From Deltaproteobacteria bacterium (GTDB lineage: Bacteria > Desulfobacterota > JAENJC01), in contig JAUSKU010000076.1 in assembly GCA_030646755.1 (NCBI GenBank), positions 5,162 through 69,161 on the forward strand: a DNA stretch of 64,000 nt. The letters run 5' to 3'. Positions 27,264 through 36,530 of the stretch are shown piece by piece (positions within the stretch are counted from its first letter, which is position 1; the number at the start of each line of letters is the position of its first letter). The translations under genes and the position numbers were made by a program. The notes beneath the pieces were generated by a model, which saw nothing but the letters and a program-made list of their open reading frames with translations, did not search any database and was not told the origin of the DNA.

Positions 27264-28724
27264 ATGATCAACAAAGGCATTTTCAGGGAATACGACATAA
27301 GGGGCATAGCGGAGAAAGACCTTACCGATGAGGTGGTAACGCTGATAGGGAAGGGGTACGGGACCCTTGTAAGGCGTGAGACGTCAGACGTCAGACGTAA
27401 GCCGAAAGTGGCCGTGGGGCGGGATGTAAGGCTCAGCTCTAAGAGGCTCAGGGACGCCCTTATAAACGGTCTGACCTCTGTCGGTATTGACGTCATGGAT
27501 GTAGGCGAATGCCCGACCCCTCTCCTGTATTTCGCCGCATATACGCGGGATGTGGACGGCGGTATAATGATAACCGGGAGTCACAACCCCCCGGAATACA
27601 ATGGTTTCAAGATACTGATAGGTAAAGACACCATCCACGGCGGAGGGATTCAAGACCTCAGAAAGCTTATAGATACAGGTTCATTCGCCACCGGCCCAAT
27701 CGGCAGCGTTGAAGCCTTTGACGTGATCCCGGCCTACATCAAGGACGTAAAAGAAAGGTTCAACGCTGCCGGGAAAAAGATAAAGGCCGTAGTTGATTCA
27801 GGTAACGGCACAGGCGGCCTCGTTGCCCCGGAACTGTTAAAAAGCATAGGAGTCGATGTAATCCCGCTCTTCTGTGAGGTGGACGGCAATTTCCCGAACC
27901 ACCACCCCGACCCTACAGTCCCGGAAAACCTCAAAACCCTTATAGACAGGGTCATATCCGAGAATGCAGACCTTGGCATTGCCTATGATGGGGATTCGGA
28001 CAGGATCGGTGTTGTAAATGAGAAGGGCGCCATTATCTGGGGAGACCAGCTTATGATCCTCTTTGCGAGGGACATATTGAAGGGGACTGTCCCAGATTTA
28101 CGGACACCCCCCCTCAATCCCCCCCTTGCTAAGGGGGGGACGAAAGGGGGGGTAGAATCGGGACTGTCCCCGGCTTTGACGGAGAAACCTGTATTCGTTG
28201 GTGAGGTGAAGTGTTCCCAAGTCATGTATGACGACATTGAGAAGAAGGGCGGAAGGGCCATCATGTGGAAGGCAGGGCACTCCCTGATAAAAGACAAGAT
28301 GAAGAAGGAGAAGGCTGTCCTTGCAGGGGAGATGAGCGGGCATATTTTCTTTGCCGATAGATACTATGGTTTCGATGACGCCATCTACGCCACCTGCCGG
28401 GTCATAGAGATACTGAAAAAAGAAGGGAAACCTCTTTCCGAGCTTCTGGCCGACCTTCCAGAGACCTTTAACACGCCGGAGATCCGGGTAGACTGCCCGG
28501 ATGACAAGAAGTTCGATATAGTAGAGAGGGCGAAGGAGAAACTGGCAAAGGACTATCCCATAATCGATGTAGATGGTGTTAGAGTGAAGTTTAAAGAGGG
28601 TTGGGGCCTGATAAGGGCGTCCAATACCCAGCCTGTATTGGTGACAAGGTTTGAGGCGTCATCGGAAGAAAAACTCTTGGAATACAGGCATATTGTAGAG
28701 AAACTGCTGAAGGAGGTTATTTAA
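27264..28724 (+). CDS. phosphomannomutase/phosphoglucomutase (alpha-D-phosphohexomutase) with a ~30-aa in-frame insertion
   Basis: TGSHNPPEYNGFK active-site loop; GEMSGHIFFADRYYGFDD. The insertion lies between the LFARDIL and VFVGEVKCS blocks. Confidence 0.85.
   Translation: MINKGIFREYDIRGIAEKDLTDEVVTLIGKGYGTLVRRETSDVRRKPKVAVGRDVRLSSKRLRDALINGLTSVGIDVMDVGECPTPLLYFAAYTRDVDGGIMITGSHNPPEYNGFKILIGKDTIHGGGIQDLRKLIDTGSFATGPIGSVEAFDVIPAYIKDVKERFNAAGKKIKAVVDSGNGTGGLVAPELLKSIGVDVIPLFCEVDGNFPNHHPDPTVPENLKTLIDRVISENADLGIAYDGDSDRIGVVNEKGAIIWGDQLMILFARDILKGTVPDLRTPPLNPPLAKGGTKGGVESGLSPALTEKPVFVGEVKCSQVMYDDIEKKGGRAIMWKAGHSLIKDKMKKEKAVLAGEMSGHIFFADRYYGFDDAIYATCRVIEILKKEGKPLSELLADLPETFNTPEIRVDCPDDKKFDIVERAKEKLAKDYPIIDVDGVRVKFKEGWGLIRASNTQPVLVTRFEASSEEKLLEYRHIVEKLLKEVI
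28094..28159. repeat. diverged G-rich palindromic element inserted in the phosphomannomutase CDS, flanked by 11-bp direct repeats
   Basis: ccccccctcaatcccccccttgctaagggggggacgaaaggggggg is flanked by GGGACTGTCCC at 28083..28093 and 28160..28170. It is related to module B of the element family. Confidence 0.5.
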
Positions 28725-28731
28725 TACAGCC

Positions 28732-30060
28732 ATGGCCACTATTGCTCCGCTTCGAGGTGTTTTATACAATCCTGAAAAAACCGGGGATATTTCCAATATT
28801 GCTGCCCCCCCTTATGATGTGATATCTCCCAAAAAACAGGAAGAGCTATACCAGAAAAGCCATTACAATGTTGTCAGGCTTGAGTATGGTAAGGAGTATC
28901 CAGCGGATAATGAGGCTGAAAATCGCTACACGAGGGCTTCGGAAGAGTTTAAAAAATGGCTGGAGAACGGGGTGCTTGTGAGGGATGAAGCCCCTGCCAT
29001 ATACGTTTATGAACAGGACTATGTGGGGAAAGACGGCTGTATTAAGACAAGGAAGGGGTTCATTGCCCGTGTAAGACTGGAGGAATTTGATTCCGGTGTG
29101 ATCCTCCCCCATGAAAGAACCCTTTCAGGCCCCAAGACTGACAGGCTCAAGCTAATAAAGGCTTGCAGGGCAAACTTCTCCCCCATATTCTCCCTCTACT
29201 CTGACCCTGACATGAGGACAGATACCCTCCTTTCAGGTGCAACCAAGGAATCACCCATTATTAACTTTAATGATGAGGACGGTATTTCCCACAGGCTCTG
29301 GAAAGTCACAGATGAGGAGGTCATAACAAGGCTTCAGGAAGAGATGGCAGATAAGATGATATTCATAGCAGACGGGCACCACCGATATGAGACCGCCCTT
29401 AATTATAGAAATGAAGTCATTAAGACACACCCCCATTTTACAGGCACAGAGAGTTTTAATTACACCCTCATGTACTTTTCAAATATGGATGATGAGGGAC
29501 TGACAGTATTTCCAACCCATAGACTGATATACGGATTGGGAGATTTCAACCCCGAACTCTTTGAGGAGAAGCTTTCTGAAAATTTTGAGATAGAAAGGTT
29601 TCAGGATATAAGAGAAAACCTGAAGGCCTTTCTTGAAAGGCTCTCGGAAAAGGGGAAGGATACTCACTCCTTTGGCGTATATGCAAAAGGGTGGAACAGC
29701 GCCGCCATCGTCACCCTTAAGAACGAGGGGACAATGGACGGGTTTGCAACCGAACACTCCATAGCTTACAGAAGGCTTGACGTCACCATCCTACATACAC
29801 TGATAATCGAAAACATCCTGGGTATAAGCAGGGAAAAGCAGGAGAGGAAGGAGAATATCGAATATATCCAGGACGAGATGGAAGGGCTGTCAAAGGTGAT
29901 GGATGGGAACAGGCAGATCCTTTTTATGCTGAACCCGACCAAGGTCAGAGAAGTAGAAGATGTAGCAAGGGCAAAAGATAAGATGCCGCAGAAGTCTACA
30001 TACTTCTATCCAAAGGTTCCGACAGGCCTTGTTATAAACGTAATAGACCGCAGAAGGTAG
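28732..30060 (+). CDS. DUF1015 family protein
   Basis: N-terminus MATIAPLRGVLYNPEK...APPYDVIS matches the DUF1015 consensus (from memory); ~440 aa. Confidence 0.55.
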   Translation: MATIAPLRGVLYNPEKTGDISNIAAPPYDVISPKKQEELYQKSHYNVVRLEYGKEYPADNEAENRYTRASEEFKKWLENGVLVRDEAPAIYVYEQDYVGKDGCIKTRKGFIARVRLEEFDSGVILPHERTLSGPKTDRLKLIKACRANFSPIFSLYSDPDMRTDTLLSGATKESPIINFNDEDGISHRLWKVTDEEVITRLQEEMADKMIFIADGHHRYETALNYRNEVIKTHPHFTGTESFNYTLMYFSNMDDEGLTVFPTHRLIYGLGDFNPELFEEKLSENFEIERFQDIRENLKAFLERLSEKGKDTHSFGVYAKGWNSAAIVTLKNEGTMDGFATEHSIAYRRLDVTILHTLIIENILGISREKQERKENIEYIQDEMEGLSKVMDGNRQILFMLNPTKVREVEDVARAKDKMPQKSTYFYPKVPTGLVINVIDRRR

Positions 30061-30068
30061 AAATCCTT

Positions 30069-30108
30069 TTGACTTTTTCTGACTTTCTACTGTATACTGT
30101 ATACAATT
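30069..30108 (+). promoter_or_regulatory. promoter/operator of the GntR-family regulator gene; near-leaderless
   Basis: TTGACT (30069..30074), 18-bp spacer, TATACT (30093..30098). Tandem GTATAC palindromes (tgtatactgtatac) end 5 nt before the ATG. Confidence 0.35.
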
Positions 30109-30801
30109 ATGGCACGCAGACCAAGAAGGACAATCGATAAGACCCAGACCTTGAGGGAGAGGATAGTAAATGTCCTCAGGGAATCTATCATAAAGGGGAC
30201 ACTGAAACCCGGTGAACGCGTGGCGGAGTCGGATCTTGCCGAGAAGTACGGGATAAGCAGGACCCCCATAAGAGAGGCCTTCAGGCAGCTCGAAACGGAA
30301 GGATTTTTGAAGGTCATCCCGAGGAGGGGGGCTGAGGTGGCCTCTCTTACGGAGGAGGATGTACGGGAGTTTTATGAAGTAAAGTCTCTCCTGGAGAGTT
30401 ATGCTGCAAAGGTCGCCGCGGAGAGGCTTACCGAAAGGGATATAAAGAGGCTTGAACTTCTTAATGCATCCATGGAGCGTTTCGCCCAGAATGGCGATAT
30501 AAAGGGGTTTTTCAAGGCTGACAACGAGTTCCACGACGTATTCATCCAGAAATGCGGGAACGACAAGCTTTGCAATATCATTCAAAATCTGCTTCAGCAG
30601 TTCCAAAGGGTCAGGATTGCATCCTTCGTCATAAAGGGGAGGATGGAGGTATCGGTAGAACAGCATAAGGACATTATAAAGGCCTGTTGTGATAAAGATT
30701 CCGGCCTTGTTGAGCAGCTTGTCAAGAGGAATGCCGAGTACAGCGCAAAGCTTCTGACCCAGCGCTTTCAAAAAAGCGGTGAAGCAGAGTTAAGGGGGTA
30801 A
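30109..30801 (+). CDS. GntR-family transcriptional regulator (FadR/FCD subfamily)
   Basis: wHTH AEKYGISRTPIREAFRQLETEGFL plus a C-terminal FCD-like helical domain. Confidence 0.8.
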   Translation: MARRPRRTIDKTQTLRERIVNVLRESIIKGTLKPGERVAESDLAEKYGISRTPIREAFRQLETEGFLKVIPRRGAEVASLTEEDVREFYEVKSLLESYAAKVAAERLTERDIKRLELLNASMERFAQNGDIKGFFKADNEFHDVFIQKCGNDKLCNIIQNLLQQFQRVRIASFVIKGRMEVSVEQHKDIIKACCDKDSGLVEQLVKRNAEYSAKLLTQRFQKSGEAELRG

Positions 30802-30804
30802 CTA

Positions 30805-31494
30805 ATGATTATTACTAAACAGAAACCCTTTGAGGTCATAAAGGATTATCTCAGGGACAACAAGAAGATATACATAGTGGGGTGCGGCGAATGCGCAACC
30901 CTCTGTAAGACCGGTGGGCCTGAAGAGATCGAGGAGATGGCCCAGAAACTTCGAGAAGCGGGGAAGGAAGTAACCGGAGGTTATGTGGCCACCGCTCCAT
31001 GCAATGTGATCGGCACCAAGATCGAGATGAAGAAGAAGGGAGACCCTGTCAAAGAGGCGGATGCGGTAATAGTCCTCGCGTGCGGCGCAGGCGTCGGGTC
31101 TGTGGCAGAGACGTATGAAGATAAAAACGTGGTTCCTGGCTGCGATTCCCTGTTCCTCGGGAATACCATCAGGGTAGGATATTATGACGAAAGGTGCACG
31201 ACCTGCGGAGAGTGCATCCTTGAGGAGACCGGAGGCATCTGTCCCGTGACTACATGCGCCAAAGGGCTTCTCAACGGACCTTGCGGCGGCATGAACAACG
31301 GGAAGTGCGAGATAAGCCCTGATATAGAGTGCGCATGGGTCAAGATATACCAGAGGCTTGAGAAAAAGGGGAAGCTTGATAAGTTTGAAAAGATCCATGA
31401 GGCCAAGGACTATTCAAAACACACGAAACCCGGTATTTTTGAAGGCGAGAAGTACGCAAAGATGAGGAAAAGGCCTGAGGGAGGCAAGAAATGA
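30805..31494 (+). CDS. metV: MetV-like zinc-finger protein (MTHFR C-terminal-domain family), partner of MetF
   Basis: Cys-rich (CGECATLCKTGGP...LACGAGVG...CTTCGECIL...GLLNGPCGG). It is translationally coupled to the downstream metF, as in acetogen/sulfate-reducer metVF. Confidence 0.6.
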   Translation: MIITKQKPFEVIKDYLRDNKKIYIVGCGECATLCKTGGPEEIEEMAQKLREAGKEVTGGYVATAPCNVIGTKIEMKKKGDPVKEADAVIVLACGAGVGSVAETYEDKNVVPGCDSLFLGNTIRVGYYDERCTTCGECILEETGGICPVTTCAKGLLNGPCGGMNNGKCEISPDIECAWVKIYQRLEKKGKLDKFEKIHEAKDYSKHTKPGIFEGEKYAKMRKRPEGGKK

Positions 31495-32366
31495 AGAGTT
31501 TCAGAGAAGCCTTGGAGGCCGGTGAATTTGTCATCACTGCCGAGTGCGGGCCGCCTAAAGGGACTGACATAACGGAACTGAAGGAACATGCGAAACACCT
31601 CCTGGGAAAGGTCCACGCACTCAACGTGACTGACAACCAGTCATCAGTTATGAGGGCCGGTTCCCTTGCAATAAGCAAGGTACTTCTCGATATGGGGCAT
31701 GATCCCATATACCAGATTACATGCAGGGACAGGAACAGGCTTGCCATCCAGTCGGACCTGCTTTCCGCCCATATCCTCGGGATAAGGAACGTCCTCTGCC
31801 TCACAGGTGACAGTGTGAGCGTTGGCGATCACAAAGGGGCAAAGGCAGTATTCGATCTTGAGTCCGTCCAACTCCTCAAGGTTGTGGAGTCTTTGAATAA
31901 CGGGAAGGACATGGCGGGTAACGACCTTAAGGGTTCAACAAGCCTATTTCCAGGCGCAGTGGTGACACCTGAGGCAAACCCTGTGGAGCCCCAGCTGATG
32001 AAGTTTTCAAAGAAGGTAAGGTCCGGGGCAAGGTTCTTCCAGAGCCAGGCCATATATGACATAGAAAAGTTCAAGACCTTTATGGATTACGCAAGGAAGT
32101 TTGACACCAAGATACTTGCCGGGATATTGCTCCTGAAGAGCGCAGGTATGGCCAATTTCCTAAATGCCAATGTCCCTGGTATAACCGTCCCGCAAAACCT
32201 TATAGATGAACTTAAGGCAGCAGGGAAAGAAAAGGCCCTGGACTGCGGGATGGACATAGCGGCCCGCCAGGTAAGGGAACTAAAAGATATCTGCGACGGC
32301 GTCCACATCATGGCCATAGGTCTTGAGGACAAGGTGCCGGAGATACTAAAAAGAGCAGGATTTTAA
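31491..32366 (+). CDS. metF: 5,10-methylenetetrahydrofolate reductase
   Basis: FEFFPP-equivalent ITAECGPPKG; TIM-barrel MTHFR family; 291 aa. Confidence 0.85.
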   Translation: MKSFREALEAGEFVITAECGPPKGTDITELKEHAKHLLGKVHALNVTDNQSSVMRAGSLAISKVLLDMGHDPIYQITCRDRNRLAIQSDLLSAHILGIRNVLCLTGDSVSVGDHKGAKAVFDLESVQLLKVVESLNNGKDMAGNDLKGSTSLFPGAVVTPEANPVEPQLMKFSKKVRSGARFFQSQAIYDIEKFKTFMDYARKFDTKILAGILLLKSAGMANFLNANVPGITVPQNLIDELKAAGKEKALDCGMDIAARQVRELKDICDGVHIMAIGLEDKVPEILKRAGF

Positions 32367-32371
32367 TGTAG

Positions 32372-32398
32372 GGGCGGGGTTACCCCGCCCCTACACCA
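32372..32398 (+). terminator. perfect 12-bp GC-rich hairpin after metF (no T-tract)
   Basis: gtaggggcgggg tta ccccgcccctac. Confidence 0.35.
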
Positions 32399-32407
32399 GT
32401 CAAATAT

Positions 32408-33133
32408 ATGCCCCAATCCACCCTAAAAGTTGTTCTCCTCCGCCACACTCCTGAGCCTGAAGAGGCAATAGCCCTGGCTGCGAAGCTCTGCTATTCTTCC
32501 GCCAACATAGGGGACCTCCAGGGAAAGATAGAGGCCAAGGACCAGAAGGGGTTTGTGGAGAAGCTCGTCAAGATCGGGCACATGTCCCCGATAGAACATG
32601 TCTCTTTTACCTTCGGTATAGAGGGCATCTCAAGGGCGTGTTCCCACCAGCTCGTCAGACACAGGCTTGCATCATATTCCCAGCAGTCCCAGAGATATGT
32701 GAAGGCAGGGGGAGAAAAGGGTTTTAACTTTATCATTCCACCGAGCGTTGTCGAGGCCGGAAGGAGGGAATGGTTCATCGAAAAGATGGACCAGCTTCAG
32801 ATGTGGTATGACGAACTGGTTGAGGAGCTGGGAGACCTTGGAGAGAAGTCCAACGAGGACGCCAGGTTCCTTTTGCCTAATGCGGCTGAGACAAAGATAA
32901 TAGTCACGATGAATGCAAGGGAGCTCCTTCATTTCTTCAGGCAGCGTTGCTGCAACAGGGCACAGTGGGAGATAAGGAGGATGGCAGAGGAGATGCTCAA
33001 GCTTGCCAGGGAAGTAGCCCCTACTATATTCAGGTCCTCAGGCCCTGGCTGTGTCTCAGGCCCCTGCACAGAAGGTGAAATGACATGCGGAAAGATAAAA
33101 GAGGTAAGAGAAAAATACGGAGTTAAGCCTTAG
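32408..33133 (+). CDS. thyX: FAD-dependent thymidylate synthase
   Basis: RHRLASYSQQSQRY ThyX motif. Confidence 0.9.
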   Translation: MPQSTLKVVLLRHTPEPEEAIALAAKLCYSSANIGDLQGKIEAKDQKGFVEKLVKIGHMSPIEHVSFTFGIEGISRACSHQLVRHRLASYSQQSQRYVKAGGEKGFNFIIPPSVVEAGRREWFIEKMDQLQMWYDELVEELGDLGEKSNEDARFLLPNAAETKIIVTMNARELLHFFRQRCCNRAQWEIRRMAEEMLKLAREVAPTIFRSSGPGCVSGPCTEGEMTCGKIKEVREKYGVKP

Positions 33134-34412
33134 CAGATAGCGCCCTTCTTCCGATGTCCTTCCTGTAATGCACGCCGTTCCAGTTTATCTTTGAAACAGC
33201 CTGATACGCACTATCAATCGCCTCTTTGATGCCATTGCCCAATGCGGTCACGCCCAAGACCCTTCCGCCGTTTGTTACAACCTTCCCATCTTTCAGAGCA
33301 GTCCCGGCATGGAATACCATCACGTCATTCATCTTTGCCGCGTCATCAAGGCCCTTTATCTCGTCCCCTTTTTTGTAATCACCGGGGTATCCGCCTGCTG
33401 CCATGACAACGCATACCGAGGCCCTATTATCCCACTCAATCCTTATATCCGAAAGCCTTTCGTCAATCACAGCCTCCATGACCTCTATGATGTCGCTCTT
33501 CATCCTCATCATCAGAGGCTGTGTTTCAGGGTCACCGAACCTGGCATTGAACTCCAGTGCCTTTGGGCCTTTTCTGGTCATCATCAAGCCCGCATAAAGA
33601 ACTCCTTTGTAAGGCCTCCCTTCCGAAGCCATGCCTTGCACTGTCGGAAGCATGATCTCTTTCATGACCCTTTCCCTGAGTTCATCAGTCAATACTGGCG
33701 CAGGGGAATAAACTCCCATGCCTCCGGTATTCGGTCCCTCATCGTTATCATAGATCCTTTTGTGGTCCTGGGCAGAAGGCATGGGAAGAACGATCTTCCC
33801 GTCGGTAAAGGCCAGGAAGGAGACCTCTTCACCCTCCAGAAACTCCTCTATTACCACCTCGTCCCCCGCAGCGCCAAAGGCCTTGTCCCCCATTATCATG
33901 TTCACTGCATCAATCGCCTCTTCCAAAGTTGATGCGACTATAACGCCTTTCCCTGCTGCAAGGCCTGAGGCCTTGACTACTATGGGAGCACCCTTGGCCT
34001 TAACATAAGAAATGGCCTTCTCCTTCTCTGTAAAGGCCTCGTATTCTGCGGTAGGTATGCCGTATTTTTTCATAACGGCCTTTGAGAACGCCTTGCTACC
34101 CTCTATCTCGGCGGCCCTCCTGCTTGCCCCGAATATCCTCAGCCCAGCATTCTCGAATTCATCAACTATCCCTGCTGTCAGAGGCACTTCAGGCCCGACC
34201 ACAGTAAGATCGATACCTTCCTTTTTTGCAAAGGAGAGAAGCCGGTCTATATCCTCGACTTTGATGTCCACACACTCTGCAATCTGAGCAATGCCGGCAT
34301 TCCCAGGGGCGCAAAATAATATTGAATTTTGAGTTTTAAATTTTGTACTTTGTTTTATCTTCCAAACAAGGGCGTGTTCGCGACCGCCGGAGCCTACAAC
34401 TAAAATCTTCAT
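33123..34412 (-). CDS. purD: phosphoribosylamine--glycine ligase
   Basis: MKILVVGSGGREHALVWK...APGNAG. The start was chosen at the internal ATG (34412) matching the PurD N-terminus; the ORF track extends to 34463. Confidence 0.9.
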   Translation of the reverse strand: MKILVVGSGGREHALVWKIKQSTKFKTQNSILFCAPGNAGIAQIAECVDIKVEDIDRLLSFAKKEGIDLTVVGPEVPLTAGIVDEFENAGLRIFGASRRAAEIEGSKAFSKAVMKKYGIPTAEYEAFTEKEKAISYVKAKGAPIVVKASGLAAGKGVIVASTLEEAIDAVNMIMGDKAFGAAGDEVVIEEFLEGEEVSFLAFTDGKIVLPMPSAQDHKRIYDNDEGPNTGGMGVYSPAPVLTDELRERVMKEIMLPTVQGMASEGRPYKGVLYAGLMMTRKGPKALEFNARFGDPETQPLMMRMKSDIIEVMEAVIDERLSDIRIEWDNRASVCVVMAAGGYPGDYKKGDEIKGLDDAAKMNDVMVFHAGTALKDGKVVTNGGRVLGVTALGNGIKEAIDSAYQAVSKINWNGVHYRKDIGRRALSAKA

Positions 34413-34443
34413 TATCTTTCTCCTTGAAATTTTATCAAATGTA

Positions 34444-36363
34444 CTAATGCTTTGGATTCTCAACTTTACTTAGCCTGCTTAGCCTTAAAGGCGGTGTTGG
34501 CATATTTGGATGTTTTTGTAAATCCCCCCATTTAATGCTTATCAACTCTATTTGCCGGCCTTTATTCTCCTCCATATCTTTTCTGTTTAGACAAAAGGTG
34601 ATTATCTTTCCAAACTCAGATTTCTCATCTGATATGCGTTGCATTTTCTTAAGGCCTGCCTTTACTTCTATCTCTTCATCGGAATATATCTTTCTCATCC
34701 ACTCAGGGACGCCACCTACAGGTTCTACATGTATTGCAAGACACTCAGGGGAATCAAGGAAGTGAGTTGTTACTGGATTTACCATGCAACTATCAGTGAT
34801 ATCCCATCCCCGATTGTTGAAAGGTATTCCATACTTGGATTCCTGGTCCCTGCATTTATATTCTACAGGCAGAAGAGGATCTGTCGTCTGTCTCATTTGT
34901 GTAAGCTCTTTTTGGGCTACTTCAGCCGTTATGCAAATTGTCTTTCTAATTTCGCTGCGATGCCAGTGACGGGGGTTAATTTTCGCATGTGTTAAACTAA
35001 ACAGGCTCCAGCCCAGAAAGACAGCGCTCAAAATCAGGTTTAATACATAGGAGATATTTTTTGAAAATTTATACTGGACTAAACGGCCTATATAGAAATA
35101 TAGCGCTATAATCCCAATAACAATCGATGCTCCAAAATCCACAAAATATCGAGACGAGAACACTGGAAAGCGGGAATAAAAATAAAACAGCATTACGAAA
35201 CTACAGAATGACCATAATCCACTCATCTGAATGACTTTTTTGTCAAGAGAAGAGCTAAAACTGCTCTTGTTGATGAGGCCAACCGCCACAATAACCCATG
35301 ACAGGAATAAAAGAAAGGGGGTCAAAGAATCATATGGCCTAAAATAGAACTCCCGTATTCGTGGAAAACCCGACCCCGTTAACAGCCTTTCATCAAGGAA
35401 GTAAGGTATATCAAGATCGGTAAAAAATAAATCTGAAAACAATTCACTTCCTGCATTTAGAATTGGCATCCGTGCAAATGAGTCATCAAACTTCATGATA
35501 TAATCCTGAATGGGATACCCGCTCAGCAACAAGTTGTGGCCAAATTCAATGGGACTGTTAAAGCGCAAATAATTAGTTACTAACAAAAATATGATCCCTG
35601 CACTAAAAAGAAGAAGACCGAGCCAACGGAATTTTATCTGTCTATCTTTTGCAAGGTAAAATATCATTAATAAAGTTACCGCACCGTAAGAAATAGCGGT
35701 AGGTCGAAGGTTTGGTGAAAAACCTGCAAGAAAGCAAATTAAGAAGAAAAGGCGACTCTTGTGATTATTCAAAAAGAGCAGCAGCAATGCAAAGAGCATT
35801 AACGCCCAGAGGTAACTATATGCGATGACCTCTTCATAAGAGTCAAATCTGGCACGTACCATAGTAATAAAGGCAGGGTTAAGCAATCCAAAAACGAGAA
35901 TCGGAATATTTTTAACTCTTTTTTTAAATTGATCTCTTATACTCAGATCAGTATTTATAAGCGAATCGAGAGACTTCCAAAATATTGCTGCAACCAAAAA
36001 GTAAACTATTGCAAAGACTATCCTGTCAGGAAAACCGAATGAGCCAAAGGCCTTGCCAAGGATTTCAAATGGTAACCGTATAATAGGAACACCCAGGCCC
36101 CAAAGTTGGTGCATGCCGTTACCCCAAGCCCAGTCACCACTATGGCCATAAGGAACAGGGTTTAGCGCAAGTTCTCCTCGCAAAAAGGCGTCAGTCTGCA
36201 GTCGAAGCGATTGATTAAATGAATACCACTTTCCGATCTCAGGAATTAACCCGGTAACGTAAAGCATTATCCCAGTTATAATGATAGGCACAAGGATAGG
36301 GAATGGCCCCTTTAAACTTAGCAGAAATTTCTTCTTGCTTGCCTTACTTAATATTTCCGCCAT
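34444..36363 (-). CDS. large polytopic membrane protein, probable GT-C-type glycosyltransferase (shares a DWAWG loop motif with 37553..39487)
   Basis: Over 12 predicted TM segments. The loop YGHSGDWAWGNGMHQLWGLGVP resembles [14 protein letters not shown] of the adjacent ArnT-like gene. The ATG at 36363 overlaps a TAA (TAATG). Confidence 0.45.
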   Translation of the reverse strand: MAEILSKASKKKFLLSLKGPFPILVPIIITGIMLYVTGLIPEIGKWYSFNQSLRLQTDAFLRGELALNPVPYGHSGDWAWGNGMHQLWGLGVPIIRLPFEILGKAFGSFGFPDRIVFAIVYFLVAAIFWKSLDSLINTDLSIRDQFKKRVKNIPILVFGLLNPAFITMVRARFDSYEEVIAYSYLWALMLFALLLLFLNNHKSRLFFLICFLAGFSPNLRPTAISYGAVTLLMIFYLAKDRQIKFRWLGLLLFSAGIIFLLVTNYLRFNSPIEFGHNLLLSGYPIQDYIMKFDDSFARMPILNAGSELFSDLFFTDLDIPYFLDERLLTGSGFPRIREFYFRPYDSLTPFLLFLSWVIVAVGLINKSSFSSSLDKKVIQMSGLWSFCSFVMLFYFYSRFPVFSSRYFVDFGASIVIGIIALYFYIGRLVQYKFSKNISYVLNLILSAVFLGWSLFSLTHAKINPRHWHRSEIRKTICITAEVAQKELTQMRQTTDPLLPVEYKCRDQESKYGIPFNNRGWDITDSCMVNPVTTHFLDSPECLAIHVEPVGGVPEWMRKIYSDEEIEVKAGLKKMQRISDEKSEFGKIITFCLNRKDMEENKGRQIELISIKWGDLQKHPNMPTPPLRLSRLSKVENPKH

Positions 36364-36530
36364 TATTTCTTCCTTTGATCCATTCTCTCAGCCTCTCTCA
36401 AGTGTTCATACATATCCACGACTTTAGGCTTTATTGCCAGGGCTTTTCTGAAAAGCTTTGCAGCCTCCTTCTTTTTCCCTTCTTTAATCTCCTGACGATC
36501 CTCTATTGCTACCGTGGAGCCAACCTTTCC
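36364..36530 (-). pseudogene. remnant of a TPR-domain gene 3' end; no start codon; its stop is coupled (TAATG) to the downstream membrane protein gene
   Basis: The minus-strand frame reads EGKVGSTVAIEDRQEIKEGKKKEAAKLFRKALAIKPKVVDMYEHLREAERMDQRKK*. It overlaps the SGNH gene 3' end in another frame. Confidence 0.3.

Noticed and set aside
29890-31398. Minus-strand ORFs (293 aa and 198 aa) overlapping DUF1015, gntR and metV
   Set aside because: They have no recognisable domains and are fully antisense to genes with clear homology, including translational coupling signals on the plus strand.
33309-33932. 207-aa plus-strand ORF antisense to purD
   Set aside because: purD on the minus strand is unambiguous; this ORF is a frame shadow.
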